Source: a virus
Taxonomy: Duplodnaviria; Caudoviricetes
Direction: 5' to 3' (one strand)
Virus record (IMG/VR): IMGVR_UViG_2929042913_000010
Location: 2,344 to 66,343 of that record
Length of the DNA: 64,000 nucleotides
The notes beneath the pieces were generated by a model that saw only the letters and a list, made by a program, of their open reading frames with translations, searched no databases and was not told the origin of the DNA. Of the stretch, positions 19,714 to 28,274 are shown piece after piece (within the stretch, counting starts at the first letter, position 1; each line of letters opens with the position of its first letter). Both the position numbers and the translations under genes were made by a program.

Positions 19714-19804
19714 TATATAAATATTGCTTTTTGGAAACCCTATAAAGATAAATAATAAAAAAATATTTGTAATTATAGGGTTACGTAATCTTTTTGCGAC
19801 TCAT

Positions 19805-19856
19805 CACTATCGTGACATGTCACGATAGTGTTTTTTATTGCTCGTGACATGTCACG
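19805..19856. repeat. Two GTGACATGTCAC palindromes, the first inside a perfect 26-bp palindrome
   Basis: CACTATCGTGACATGTCACGATAGTG at 19805-19830; CGTGACATGTCACG at 19843-19856. Confidence 0.9.
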
Positions 19857-20209
19857 TTCATTTTTATTCTCGCAGAACTTAAAGAAAACTCATTATGTCC
19901 TTTCGTTAGCCAGCACTCAGAATCACCCGCGAGGCAACATTCATTCACTGGCAAATTATCACCACATTTTTTGCAGCTAGATTTTGATAACTCTTCAAGC
20001 AGTTTATTCAGTCGCTCAGCATCTTGGCGTATCAGTAACTGAATATATTCGCCAACTTCGTATGGGTCTTTCCCTGGTCTACGTAATACGCAATTTTTTT
20101 TCACCATCTCTAATTCTTGAACATCAACAATCAGCTCAAATTTAGTTTCTTTGCTCTCTTTTTGTCGCTTACGTTGAGCCGCTTTGCGTTCTGCTGCTGT
20201 CATTGCCAT
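19835..20209 (-). CDS. Phage protein with basic N-terminus and Cys cluster (putative DNA-binding)
   Basis: MAMTAAERKAAQRKRQK...CKKCG...CC.....CW; overlaps the rep 3' end; homolog at 51561..51965. Confidence 0.75.
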   Translation of the reverse strand: MAMTAAERKAAQRKRQKESKETKFELIVDVQELEMVKKNCVLRRPGKDPYEVGEYIQLLIRQDAERLNKLLEELSKSSCKKCGDNLPVNECCLAGDSECWLTKGHNEFSLSSARIKMNVTCHEQ

Positions 20210-22328
20210 TTTCTTTAATCCTCTGCTGAATACGGACCATTGATTGACTCAATCTATCTCGTACTTTTTGCCGTTTATCAGATTTACTGACGATTGTTTG
20301 AATGTGGCCATTCTCGTAAAACTTCACGCTTTGGCCGTTCTCTGTATAAATTGCCCCTTTTGCAACTGAATGGATCATGAAAGGGTCTTTTTCGGGGTCT
20401 AAAGTGATGCCAATTTCTTTGGCTTTTCTCACAATATCGGGAATGGATGATTTTTTATCTTTAATCGTCCTCCGTACCTGCGTACAGTTATTGACAGAAC
20501 TCCAAGGGGCGCTAATCGCGCCATCAAAAGCAACCTCCGCTATCGCGTCGGCTAACTTCGGCACAATCTGCCAGCTCTTAACGCGGGTAATTAGAGGGGA
20601 GTCATCACCAACTAAGGTGCAATAAACACCCTTGATACAATCGACGGGTTCACCGTAAGTGTTGGTTTTTTCTTCGCGCTCATACCATAGACGAGCGATA
20701 AGGTCAGCACGGCGCACGAACGCGCCACCTTGTAATTTTGTATACTCGCCCCAGTTACTTGTATCCGCTGCTTTCTGAACCTGTGCAAAGTCAATGTCTA
20801 AACCCTCTGAGGCTTCCGTATCATCACCCATGCGACGCAATTCACGCCATACGGAAACAGGTGCACCGCCAATTTGTTGGAACTGGCGAATTTTCCAATG
20901 AGATGCCCAAGCCGAAACTGAACGCGCCATGTCTTTACACTTCTGACCTGATTCCTTATCAATTTCATCATCCATCGCATAGCCATCGATATTCTTTGAT
21001 ATGTACTTGGCGATATAGCCTGTTGCACTACCTTTGCGTTCATCGATAGGCTCAACGTGAAAACGCGCTCTTAATGCTTTTGGCGTTTTAAGTTCGGCTC
21101 TATCTTCTAATCTTGCATAATGACGAAAAATATCACGTAGCTTTTCTTTTTGTTCAGGCTGAACAAATAGCAACATATGCCAGTGCGGCGTACCATCATG
21201 ATGTGGCTCAGTGACACGAAAGCCAAAGACGCGAATACCTGCGCGACTATATGACGCACGAATTTTCGCCCACACATTACACAGATATTTTTGTGTTGTG
21301 CGAGGGTCGCAGCCCATCCAATTTTCAACAAAGCCGCCTGCTTGATACGCTGAATGATATTTTGATGGGGCGGTAATTGTGTAAAATTCACCGTCGCAGC
21401 CCATTTCTTTTGCAAGGTCTTCAAAGCCCCGCATTCTGGCCATAAGCTCGCAACGACGAACCGCCGGATTAGCTACGCTAGCCAATACCATTTTGGTCAG
21501 CTCTGTTCTATTACCGTCTTCGTCTTGTAATTCAAAGTCTTTGAGAAATTGCCAATTAGAACGCTTTTGCTCTATCCAACGGTGTAATGTAGTGCGGGAA
21601 ACATAAGGTGATGCAGACTTTTGAACCTGACCAATAGCAATTGCTAAATGTTCACGCTTGATATCACACAGGCGTTTCAAACGACGGTACCACCATGCAA
21701 TATCGAACATGCGCAGAAGTGCAGCACATAATTGGTCATCGGTAGGTTTATCACGACCTTTGGTAAATTGTTGCCAGTAAGGCGGCTGTGTTCCTGCTTG
21801 TAGTGTTAATTTAGCCAGCAACATGTAAACATTATCTAGACGCTCGCGAGCTTCGTGTTCATCTTTTGGATCATGATTAACGAATTGCTCCGTCACAGAT
21901 TGATAGTTGTTACTCATAAAATTGGCGATATCATTTGCTAATGATTTGATAACCGTTCTATCTAACTGCGCAATATTTTCGAGTTGTTCAATAAAAGGGA
22001 ATGGTTCATTACCTGATGCATGATGTTTAAATTCATACTGTTTCATCACACATTCGAATCGTGGCAATACATTCTTAGCAGTTTTGCGTAAAAACTCATT
22101 GGCACGACGACGACCAGATTTTTTAAATGTCTTGGCGTATTTAGTAGCAAAATAAATAGAGAGAAAATCAGGAACGTGCGAGATCACTTCATGACGCCAT
22201 TCGGCATCATCTTTGTTTGCGTCAAACATAATGCGCTCAGCCAGAGTCGCGCTTTTTGGCAACTCCGGCTGATTCGCTTCCTGATTGCGACGTATTGAAA
22301 TATATACGTCGCTGTTGTGTTCCATCAT
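20169..22328 (-). CDS. Rolling-circle replication endonuclease (gpA)
   Basis: FYTITAPSKYH, EPHHDGTPHWH (HUH), GYIAKYISKNIDG and IRQFQQIG motifs. Confidence 0.95.
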   Translation of the reverse strand: MMEHNSDVYISIRRNQEANQPELPKSATLAERIMFDANKDDAEWRHEVISHVPDFLSIYFATKYAKTFKKSGRRRANEFLRKTAKNVLPRFECVMKQYEFKHHASGNEPFPFIEQLENIAQLDRTVIKSLANDIANFMSNNYQSVTEQFVNHDPKDEHEARERLDNVYMLLAKLTLQAGTQPPYWQQFTKGRDKPTDDQLCAALLRMFDIAWWYRRLKRLCDIKREHLAIAIGQVQKSASPYVSRTTLHRWIEQKRSNWQFLKDFELQDEDGNRTELTKMVLASVANPAVRRCELMARMRGFEDLAKEMGCDGEFYTITAPSKYHSAYQAGGFVENWMGCDPRTTQKYLCNVWAKIRASYSRAGIRVFGFRVTEPHHDGTPHWHMLLFVQPEQKEKLRDIFRHYARLEDRAELKTPKALRARFHVEPIDERKGSATGYIAKYISKNIDGYAMDDEIDKESGQKCKDMARSVSAWASHWKIRQFQQIGGAPVSVWRELRRMGDDTEASEGLDIDFAQVQKAADTSNWGEYTKLQGGAFVRRADLIARLWYEREEKTNTYGEPVDCIKGVYCTLVGDDSPLITRVKSWQIVPKLADAIAEVAFDGAISAPWSSVNNCTQVRRTIKDKKSSIPDIVRKAKEIGITLDPEKDPFMIHSVAKGAIYTENGQSVKFYENGHIQTIVSKSDKRQKVRDRLSQSMVRIQQRIKENGNDSSRTQSGST
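20481..20512 (-). other. P2/186-type replication origin inside the rep gene
   Basis: GCGCCCCTTGGAGTTCTGTCAATAACTGTACG resembles the P2-family ori consensus. Confidence 0.75.
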
Positions 22329-22534
22329 TTACCACCTACATCATGGTTTAAATGTTCTGGCTTGAATGTTGCCCAATAACCTTCATTGCGCGATTCAACC
22401 TTTGTTTTCCCACATTTATTGCAGCCGTAATGAAAATCGATATATGGCTGTAATCCATTCAATGACTGGAATTGATGCAGTTCTTTTTTATATAAAGTCC
22501 ATTTATGCAAACCAACAAGGCAAAATAATTTCAT
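22325..22534 (-). CDS. Small Cys/His protein, prophage 1 only
   Basis: C...LHKW...CNKCGK; coupled to neighbouring genes by overlapping stop/start codons. Confidence 0.65.
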   Translation of the reverse strand: MKLFCLVGLHKWTLYKKELHQFQSLNGLQPYIDFHYGCNKCGKTKVESRNEGYWATFKPEHLNHDVGGK

Positions 22535-22773
22535 TGCGCCACCGCCTGATTTTCAATGTGATTAATTTCGCTTTCGATTAACTGACTAATAGCGGCGTAA
22601 TCTGGTTTTTCTTGCAGTACATACATTTGCAACTTACGCAATCTCGACGCGTAGCGGTCATTGCAAACTTGGCGTTCATCGTTACGATTCCAGCTAATGC
22701 AACCATCAATTAAAATTATATCGCTTGAAGTCGCATCAAAAACGGGTGTGAATGTTGGTTCTGGTATATTCAT
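22531..22773 (-). CDS. DUF2732-like early protein
   Basis: ASRLRKL...AISQLIESE; conserved at 54086..54337. Confidence 0.65.
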   Translation of the reverse strand: MNIPEPTFTPVFDATSSDIILIDGCISWNRNDERQVCNDRYASRLRKLQMYVLQEKPDYAAISQLIESEINHIENQAVAQ

Positions 22774-22843
22774 TTATTTAATTCCTAAATTTAGAGTGTA
22801 AAAATCCCTGACGCGCTAACGTCATTTAATTTATTTGGTTAAT

Positions 22844-23194
22844 TTAATTAAGTGGTAATGTCAGATTTTTTGGTAATAATGCACTTGCGGCCTTAATATA
22901 GTTAATAGACTTAACCATATTAAATATTTCTTTTGATGTTAAATCTTCAAACTGGCAATCATGACGTTCTTTATCAATTCCTGACATGTAAAATATAATG
23001 CCTAATAATTTTTTATTATTTTCGTAATCATCATTAAAACGGTCACGCATTTCTTTCATAAACAATTTTAATTCTTGATTGCTTAAACCTAATTTTTTTG
23101 ATTTAACTTCAGCAACCTTATTCATTCCGTGTGCGCGTTGCTGAATACTCATAGGCATATAACGTTGTTCTAGTAATGCTGGATTCTGTTGCAT
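22844..23194 (-). CDS. Conserved P2-like early protein (DUF5347-like), 116 aa
   Basis: Start reset to MQQNP by comparison with 54408..54758. Confidence 0.7.
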   Translation of the reverse strand: MQQNPALLEQRYMPMSIQQRAHGMNKVAEVKSKKLGLSNQELKLFMKEMRDRFNDDYENNKKLLGIIFYMSGIDKERHDCQFEDLTSKEIFNMVKSINYIKAASALLPKNLTLPLN

Positions 23195-23205
23195 AGTGTC
23201 ACCTT

Positions 23206-23361
23206 TTATATTCTTGCGATTAAATAAATAACTGCGAATAAAAGAACAGGAACAATATATTTTAATGAACCATCTTTTATATTTGCGTTTTTTACTTCTA
23301 CACATTTAAATGAATCGCCAGTAACTTTATATTTGTACTGCTGTTTATGTGCTTGAGTCAT
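23206..23361 (-). CDS. 51-aa small protein with C-terminal TM (fil-like position), not in ORF track
   Basis: MTQAHKQQYKYKVTG...LKYIVPVLLFAVIYLIARI*; conserved at 54770..54925. Confidence 0.65.
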   Translation of the reverse strand: MTQAHKQQYKYKVTGDSFKCVEVKNANIKDGSLKYIVPVLLFAVIYLIARI

Positions 23362-23371
23362 TTTTCAACCC

Positions 23372-23683
23372 TTAAAATGGAATTTCATCGTTAAATAGAA
23401 TTTCATTCATACAATGGTCGTGATATATTTTTGCGTTAAACTCGAAGTTTAACTCTGTTCTTATATCAATTAACACTTCATACACTGCATCAATTCCTAA
23501 GTTATAGTTTTCCATATATAAGAAAAGGCAGCTGAGCACATCTTTTTTCAATTGAGACTTATATTTACTTCTATTGAGAATATTTGCTGTATTTTCTTTT
23601 ATCTCTCTTTCTTTCAAATCACGGCGTTCCTTTATTACTTCCGCTAATCTTTCTAACGCACTTTTTTCATTATACATAATCAC
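23372..23683 (-). CDS. Accessory early protein ending in DEIPF, prophage 1 only
   Basis: 103-aa AT-rich ORF inserted immediately after cII. Confidence 0.65.
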   Translation of the reverse strand: MIMYNEKSALERLAEVIKERRDLKEREIKENTANILNRSKYKSQLKKDVLSCLFLYMENYNLGIDAVYEVLIDIRTELNFEFNAKIYHDHCMNEILFNDEIPF

Positions 23684-24189
23684 ACCATTGCTTGACTGAA
23701 TCCCACAACGGTATCAATCGCTGATACAAACGCAGGGGATGAATGTAAACGGGCTGAAATTGTCACACCAACTAATGCTAAACAACGGATCGCATTATTT
23801 ACGCTCTGTTTAATTTCAGCGGAACGGGTACTATTGATATGACCACCTAAGACCGCTGCACTCGCTAACTTTCCCACTTCGGCTGTCGCCTTTAGAACAT
23901 AAGCAGGGAAATTACTTTCACATGCATTATTTAAAGGTACTGATGGCTGGCATTGAAGCTGTTCTAATAAACCATCAACCAGCGTTGCATCTTCTGTTGT
24001 TTCAGTAACCTTAATCAAATCATCCCAAGTAAATTTATGGGGCTGCTCAGGATTTAACTTGTTACGCAACATTTGCGCATTCATGCCGATTGCTTCCGCC
24101 ACTTGCACAAGATCACCTTTATGCTTAATCGCAAAAGCACGACAGGCATTATCAAAGTGCGCTTGTTTGGAAACCTGATAATCAAACAT
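23680..24189 (-). CDS. cII: CII regulatory protein (186/HP1 type)
   Basis: MFDYQVSK..HFDNACRAFA...LRNKLNPEQPH. Confidence 0.9.
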   Translation of the reverse strand: MFDYQVSKQAHFDNACRAFAIKHKGDLVQVAEAIGMNAQMLRNKLNPEQPHKFTWDDLIKVTETTEDATLVDGLLEQLQCQPSVPLNNACESNFPAYVLKATAEVGKLASAAVLGGHINSTRSAEIKQSVNNAIRCLALVGVTISARLHSSPAFVSAIDTVVGFSQAMV

Positions 24190-24218
24190 AGCTTTTATTC
24201 TCCTAAAACGAATAATGA

Positions 24219-24443
24219 CTACGCTTGAAGCGAAACATCACAGCCTTTCGATGCATCGGTATAAAGCGCAAGTAGGTTAATCAGGACTTTTCCTCGTTTC
24301 ATATCAGCAGATTTGCCACGGACGGGCAAACGGCCATCGGCAATCATGTCGCGTATGGTTGATTTAGAAAGCCCTGAGTGCTGGCTAAATGCCTCAATTG
24401 TGAGGTAAGGGGATGGAATGTTAATTGAAATTGTAGGTCTCAT
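24219..24443 (-). CDS. apl: Apl/Cox-like repressor-excisionase
   Basis: MRPTISINIPSPYLTIEAFS..SGLSKSTIRDMIADGRLP wHTH; divergent from cI. Confidence 0.85.
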   Translation of the reverse strand: MRPTISINIPSPYLTIEAFSQHSGLSKSTIRDMIADGRLPVRGKSADMKRGKVLINLLALYTDASKGCDVSLQA

Positions 24444-24590
24444 AAGGCAAAATCTCCGGTTAGTGTTCTATTCAGTGTTATTCGCATTTATTCGTTGTTG
24501 ACGAATTTATGGGTTAAATCTACTTCGCTTTAAACGAATTGTCAAATTAAAAAGCATCTATTTTGTTTTTAGCGAATTAATGAGGTTCTA
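24444..24590. promoter_or_regulatory. Lysis/lysogeny switch region with putative CI operators and Apl repeats
   Basis: TTYG-N7-CGAA sites at 24491, 24524 and 24562; TATTC repeats at ~10-bp phase. Confidence 0.55.
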
Positions 24591-25181
24591 ATGAAGAGTC
24601 TGAGTGATTTTGTTTCTTGCGAAAATAGCGGTGAAGTTTTAGACAGAATTATGGAAGCTTACGGTTTCTCTTCTAAAATGATGATGGCCGAACATTTTAA
24701 TATGGGAGCTAGTAGTCTTTCAGGAAGGTATAAGCGCAACATATTTCCAGCCGATATGGTTATCAGATGCATTCATGAGACAGGTGCAAATCTTGAATGG
24801 CTAGCATGGGGTACAGGTAATCCTTTTGATAATGAAAGAATTGACTTACTTCGCTTGACTAATTTCAAACTACTTGAAGGTAAGTTACAACAAGCTAGTG
24901 GCGTGATGTTCGATAAAGTGATGTTATCGCCTAAGAAGTTGCTACCTAGTGAACCTATAAGTATTCAAATTGATGGTGACTATTATATTATTGATAAAGT
25001 TTTTTCAGATGTATTCGATGGTAAATGGTTAGTTGATATTGAAGGAAAGATAAGCATTAGAGAGCTTACTCGCATACCAATTCAGCGCGTTCGTGTCTCT
25101 GGCGTTGGCATGGCATTTGATTGTGAATTAAAAGATTTAACAATACTTGGGCGGGTAATAAAAGAGATAAAGGATTATTAA
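24591..25181 (+). CDS. cI: CI repressor (186/HP1 type)
   Basis: VLDRIMEAYGF...ETGANLEWLAWG HTH plus C-terminal DGKWLVDIEG domain. Confidence 0.92.
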   Translation: MKSLSDFVSCENSGEVLDRIMEAYGFSSKMMMAEHFNMGASSLSGRYKRNIFPADMVIRCIHETGANLEWLAWGTGNPFDNERIDLLRLTNFKLLEGKLQQASGVMFDKVMLSPKKLLPSEPISIQIDGDYYIIDKVFSDVFDGKWLVDIEGKISIRELTRIPIQRVRVSGVGMAFDCELKDLTILGRVIKEIKDY

Positions 25182-25183
25182 AT

Positions 25184-26110
25184 ATGAAAGTAATTTTACT
25201 AATTATAAAGATATTTATTATTGCCTTATTAGTTATTTTTTTTGCAGGGGGAGTGGCATCTCTATCAGTAACGCCAAGTATTGGCGGAACTGTATTTTTA
25301 CTAATTATTACAGCAACACTTATTGCTGGCTTATCCCGTTGGTGGTTCTTTTCTAAGAAAAAGAAAGAAAAAAAACAGGAACAACCAACCAGAGTAAAGA
25401 GCGATGTAGAAGAGCAGGTTGTAAAAGAATTTTCTCAGAGACCCATACTCACTCAACCAAATGATGCTACGCCTCCACCTAGAATTGTCACAGTTGATGA
25501 GGTACATGAAGAGCTAATAAAGACTTATGTTATGGAGAATGATAAATCGCTCATCTGGCAAGGTACAACAAAGCTTGCATCATTTAAAGTTGCTGATGTC
25601 AGAGATAAAACATATGGAATTATAACTAGTCTTATCATAAAAAATGATGGTGAATTTTATTTGCAAATAACAGACCCAGAGACTGGGGAAGTAACAGAAA
25701 TAAAAGAAAAAGAAATACAAACAAAAATTACTGTTGGCTCGACTCGATATGATTTCGTTGAGTTATGTCGAAAGGTTTTCAAACTAGATTTACATGAAAT
25801 GTTCGAGTATGCCAAAAATATTAGATATGAAGCCAAAGAGTTACATTTAGTGACTGAATTTCCACCTATTAAATCAATGTTTACTTATATTTCAGGCTCA
25901 GGTAAAAATAAAAGAACCATAGATATAGCCCAATATTTCAAAAATGGTTACGGCGATGAGTATATTGGTGGCTTCTGTTATACAAGAATGGAACACCGAA
26001 CGTTTGCAGTAAGCCGAATCCAAACAATGATATCTAGTGATGGTCATAAAAAATATTACTTTCATGATTGGTTAAAAAATGTTGCTGGCATAAATAGTAA
26101 TGGCAATTAA
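25184..26110 (+). CDS. Membrane-anchored protein with WYL-like domain(s)
   Basis: Two N-terminal TMs; C-terminal FTY...R.I...YIGGFCYTRMEHRTFAVSRI resembles the WYL signature. Confidence 0.65.
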   Translation: MKVILLIIKIFIIALLVIFFAGGVASLSVTPSIGGTVFLLIITATLIAGLSRWWFFSKKKKEKKQEQPTRVKSDVEEQVVKEFSQRPILTQPNDATPPPRIVTVDEVHEELIKTYVMENDKSLIWQGTTKLASFKVADVRDKTYGIITSLIIKNDGEFYLQITDPETGEVTEIKEKEIQTKITVGSTRYDFVELCRKVFKLDLHEMFEYAKNIRYEAKELHLVTEFPPIKSMFTYISGSGKNKRTIDIAQYFKNGYGDEYIGGFCYTRMEHRTFAVSRIQTMISSDGHKKYYFHDWLKNVAGINSNGN

Positions 26111-27119
26111 AAAACAGCCTGATGGGCGTTGGCAAGTTGAGTTATATCCCAATGGTCGAACAGGAAAGCGCATTCGAAAACTATTCACTACTAAAGGTGA
26201 AGCTCTTGCATATGAGCGCCATATTATTGAGCAAACGGAAGATAAACCGTGGCTTGGTGAAAAACAAGATAGGCGAAAGTTAACTGAACTTGTTGATACT
26301 TGGTATCGTGCACATGGTGTAACACTTGGTGATGGTGAAAAACGTCAATCACTTATGATCTTTGCTTGCGATGCAATGGGTGATCCGTTAGCTACTGAAT
26401 TTAATGCCAAGATATTTTCGGTATACCGTGAAAAGCGCTTAAGCGGTGAAATAACCCGTACTGAGCGTTTAAAAACAGTCACACCGCGTACGGTCAATTT
26501 AGAATTGGCGTATTTTAGAGCCATGTTTAATGAGTTGATTCGTCTTGATGAGTGGGGCTTAGAGCACCCGTTAGCCAAAGTTCGTTCTTATAAAACTGAC
26601 GAACAAGAAATGGCATTTTTAACTGATGATGAAATTAAACTGTTATTAGCTGAATGTGAAAATAGTTCATCGGCTGATTTAATCCATGTGGTTAAAATTT
26701 GTTTGGCGTCAGGTGCAAGGTGGTCGGAAGCTGAGAATTTAACCGCTATACAGATTCGAAATAATACGGTGACTTTTACTAAGACAAAAGGAAAACGCAA
26801 CCGTTCTATTCCTATTAGTGAAGAATTAATTGCAGAATTACCGAAAGCGAAAGGCTCAAAGCGGTTATTTAAATCCTGCTATTCTGCATTTCGTTCTGCT
26901 TTTAGTCGTACTGGTATTGAGTTACCCGAACGACAATCATCACATGTTTTACGCCACACCTTTGCATCCCACTTTATGATGTCCGGTGGAAATATTTTAG
27001 TATTACAAAGAATCCTTGGCCATACTGATATCAAAATGACAATGCGGTATGCCCATTTCGCCCCAGATCATCTTAATGATGCACTGGTTTATAATCCTTT
27101 GGTGAAGTTGAAGAAATAG
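26100..27119 (+). CDS. int: Tyrosine integrase
   Basis: GARWSE, HVLRHTFASHF, LGH and RYAH catalytic motifs. Confidence 0.96.
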   Translation: MAIKKQPDGRWQVELYPNGRTGKRIRKLFTTKGEALAYERHIIEQTEDKPWLGEKQDRRKLTELVDTWYRAHGVTLGDGEKRQSLMIFACDAMGDPLATEFNAKIFSVYREKRLSGEITRTERLKTVTPRTVNLELAYFRAMFNELIRLDEWGLEHPLAKVRSYKTDEQEMAFLTDDEIKLLLAECENSSSADLIHVVKICLASGARWSEAENLTAIQIRNNTVTFTKTKGKRNRSIPISEELIAELPKAKGSKRLFKSCYSAFRSAFSRTGIELPERQSSHVLRHTFASHFMMSGGNILVLQRILGHTDIKMTMRYAHFAPDHLNDALVYNPLVKLKK

Positions 27120-27120
27120 A

Positions 27121-28032
27121 ATGTATATAGTAGCTTACTTTTCTATCTTATTTTTTGTTTTTTTCTGTATGTATTGTTATAGAGGATACTTTCCATTAAC
27201 TGAAAAAAGCTTAGATAAACAAAAATTATTTTGGGCTGCCTTGATTATCCCTCTATTATCTTGTCTATATTTTGGAATTCCTGTGTGGTCTAATTATTCA
27301 TTTGACATGTCTGCTAATGGGTATAGCGAGTTTTTGAAAATTAGCACTTTACCATTATATATTTTGGCATCAGCTCCTATTTTTGCAGCATTTGTAGCAA
27401 ATACACATAGAACGATTCAAACTGCAAAGCAAATTACGGAAACAGAAAAAAAGAATAAAGTAGATCTTGTTTTCTCTAAGTATAACTTTGCAAATGAAAG
27501 GCTAAGTAAAGTTACTTTTTTATGTGGAAGGAAATTAGCATCTACCGATACTATCATACTTCTTTTTTTTCATATTAAAGATACTGGTTTATATATAAAT
27601 AAAAAAGCAGTTAACGAGTTGAATTCAAAAATTTTTAATATGATTAAAATTAGAAATAAAATTGAGGTGGATATTGATAGGGTTAATGATAGCTGTGAGG
27701 AAAGTGAAATCCCTGATATTTTGAATGAAATTGGTGAATGTCTTAGGGAAATTGACAGTACTTATATATTTATATGTATGAGGCTAGGAATTTATTTTGA
27801 TGATAATTCGGACTCGCAGTCGAGTCATCCTTCTATGCTAAAAAGTCCGATAAGTAAAAACATTAGTTTAGAATATATTTTAGGTGATGGAGGTAGAATT
27901 AAAGCTCAAATTCAAGCTCATGTAGATATGTTCATACATGATTTAAAAAAGATAATTGATATATTATCTATTATAGATGAGCGTGTAAAAAACTGTTATG
28001 AAAAAGAAATTACATCCAAAGTGAATGGATAG
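27121..28032 (+). CDS. Accessory multi-TM membrane protein between int and att
   Basis: AT-rich, 303 aa, three N-terminal TMs followed by HRTIQTAKQI and a soluble helical domain. Confidence 0.75.
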   Translation: MYIVAYFSILFFVFFCMYCYRGYFPLTEKSLDKQKLFWAALIIPLLSCLYFGIPVWSNYSFDMSANGYSEFLKISTLPLYILASAPIFAAFVANTHRTIQTAKQITETEKKNKVDLVFSKYNFANERLSKVTFLCGRKLASTDTIILLFFHIKDTGLYINKKAVNELNSKIFNMIKIRNKIEVDIDRVNDSCEESEIPDILNEIGECLREIDSTYIFICMRLGIYFDDNSDSQSSHPSMLKSPISKNISLEYILGDGGRIKAQIQAHVDMFIHDLKKIIDILSIIDERVKNCYEKEITSKVNG

Positions 28033-28047
28033 AGTATTACATAAGTT

Positions 28048-28140
28048 TGGCGACAAACTGGCGGCAGAGAACCAGAACCCTCCTGAATAACCATTAGTTA
28101 CCGTTTTCTATCCTTTTGATAAATATCTAATTTATTGATT
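28048..28140. promoter_or_regulatory. Prophage 1 att arm: integrase arm repeats and IHF site
   Basis: TGGCGACA (28048) and TGGCGGCA (28059) direct repeats; AATCAATAAATTA on the minus strand at 28128-28140 matches WATCAANNNNTTR. Confidence 0.6.
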
Positions 28141-28158
28141 TATAAAGGATAGGGAACG

Positions 28159-28210
28159 TACTCATAATCGATTGGTCGCTGGTTCAAGTCCAGCAGGGGC
28201 CACCAAATTT
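28159..28210 (+). repeat. att core (3' half of tRNA-Ile2/Met CAU); junction of prophages 1 and 2
   Basis: ACTCATAATCGATTGGTCGCTGGTTCAAGTCCAGCAGGGGCCACCA: anticodon loop through CCA of an ileX-like tRNA, no 5' half; repeated at 60021. Confidence 0.93.
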
Positions 28211-28231
28211 TAGCTGTTAAATCAGCACATT

Positions 28232-28259
28232 AAGCCACTTTTAACGAAGTGGCTTTTTT
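28232..28259 (+). terminator. Intrinsic terminator after att (tRNA terminator supplied by the phage)
   Basis: AAGCCACTT-ttaacg-AAGTGGCTT followed by TTTT. Confidence 0.75.
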
Positions 28260-28274
28260 GTATCTGGTAGTCAT

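Larger units (their letters stand above)
1..28210. mobile_element. Prophage 1, HP1/186/P2-like (Peduoviridae); left end outside window
   Basis: Complete morphogenesis, lysis, rep, cII/apl/cI and int gene set, ending in a tRNA-derived att core at 28159-28210. Confidence 0.95.

Noticed and set aside
22774-22843. Conserved intergenic stretch with a small TGACG...CGTCA hairpin in the early operon
   Set aside because: The two copies are nearly identical, so there is no covariation evidence for a structured RNA.
22844-23305. 153-aa version of the early gene
   Set aside because: The N-terminal extension overlaps the 51-aa ORF, and the homolog in prophage 2 begins at MQQNP.
28159-28205. Complete tRNA gene (also at 60021..60067)
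   Set aside because: Only the anticodon loop to CCA is present. The upstream sequence cannot form the D-arm or the 5' acceptor strand, so these are att duplications.
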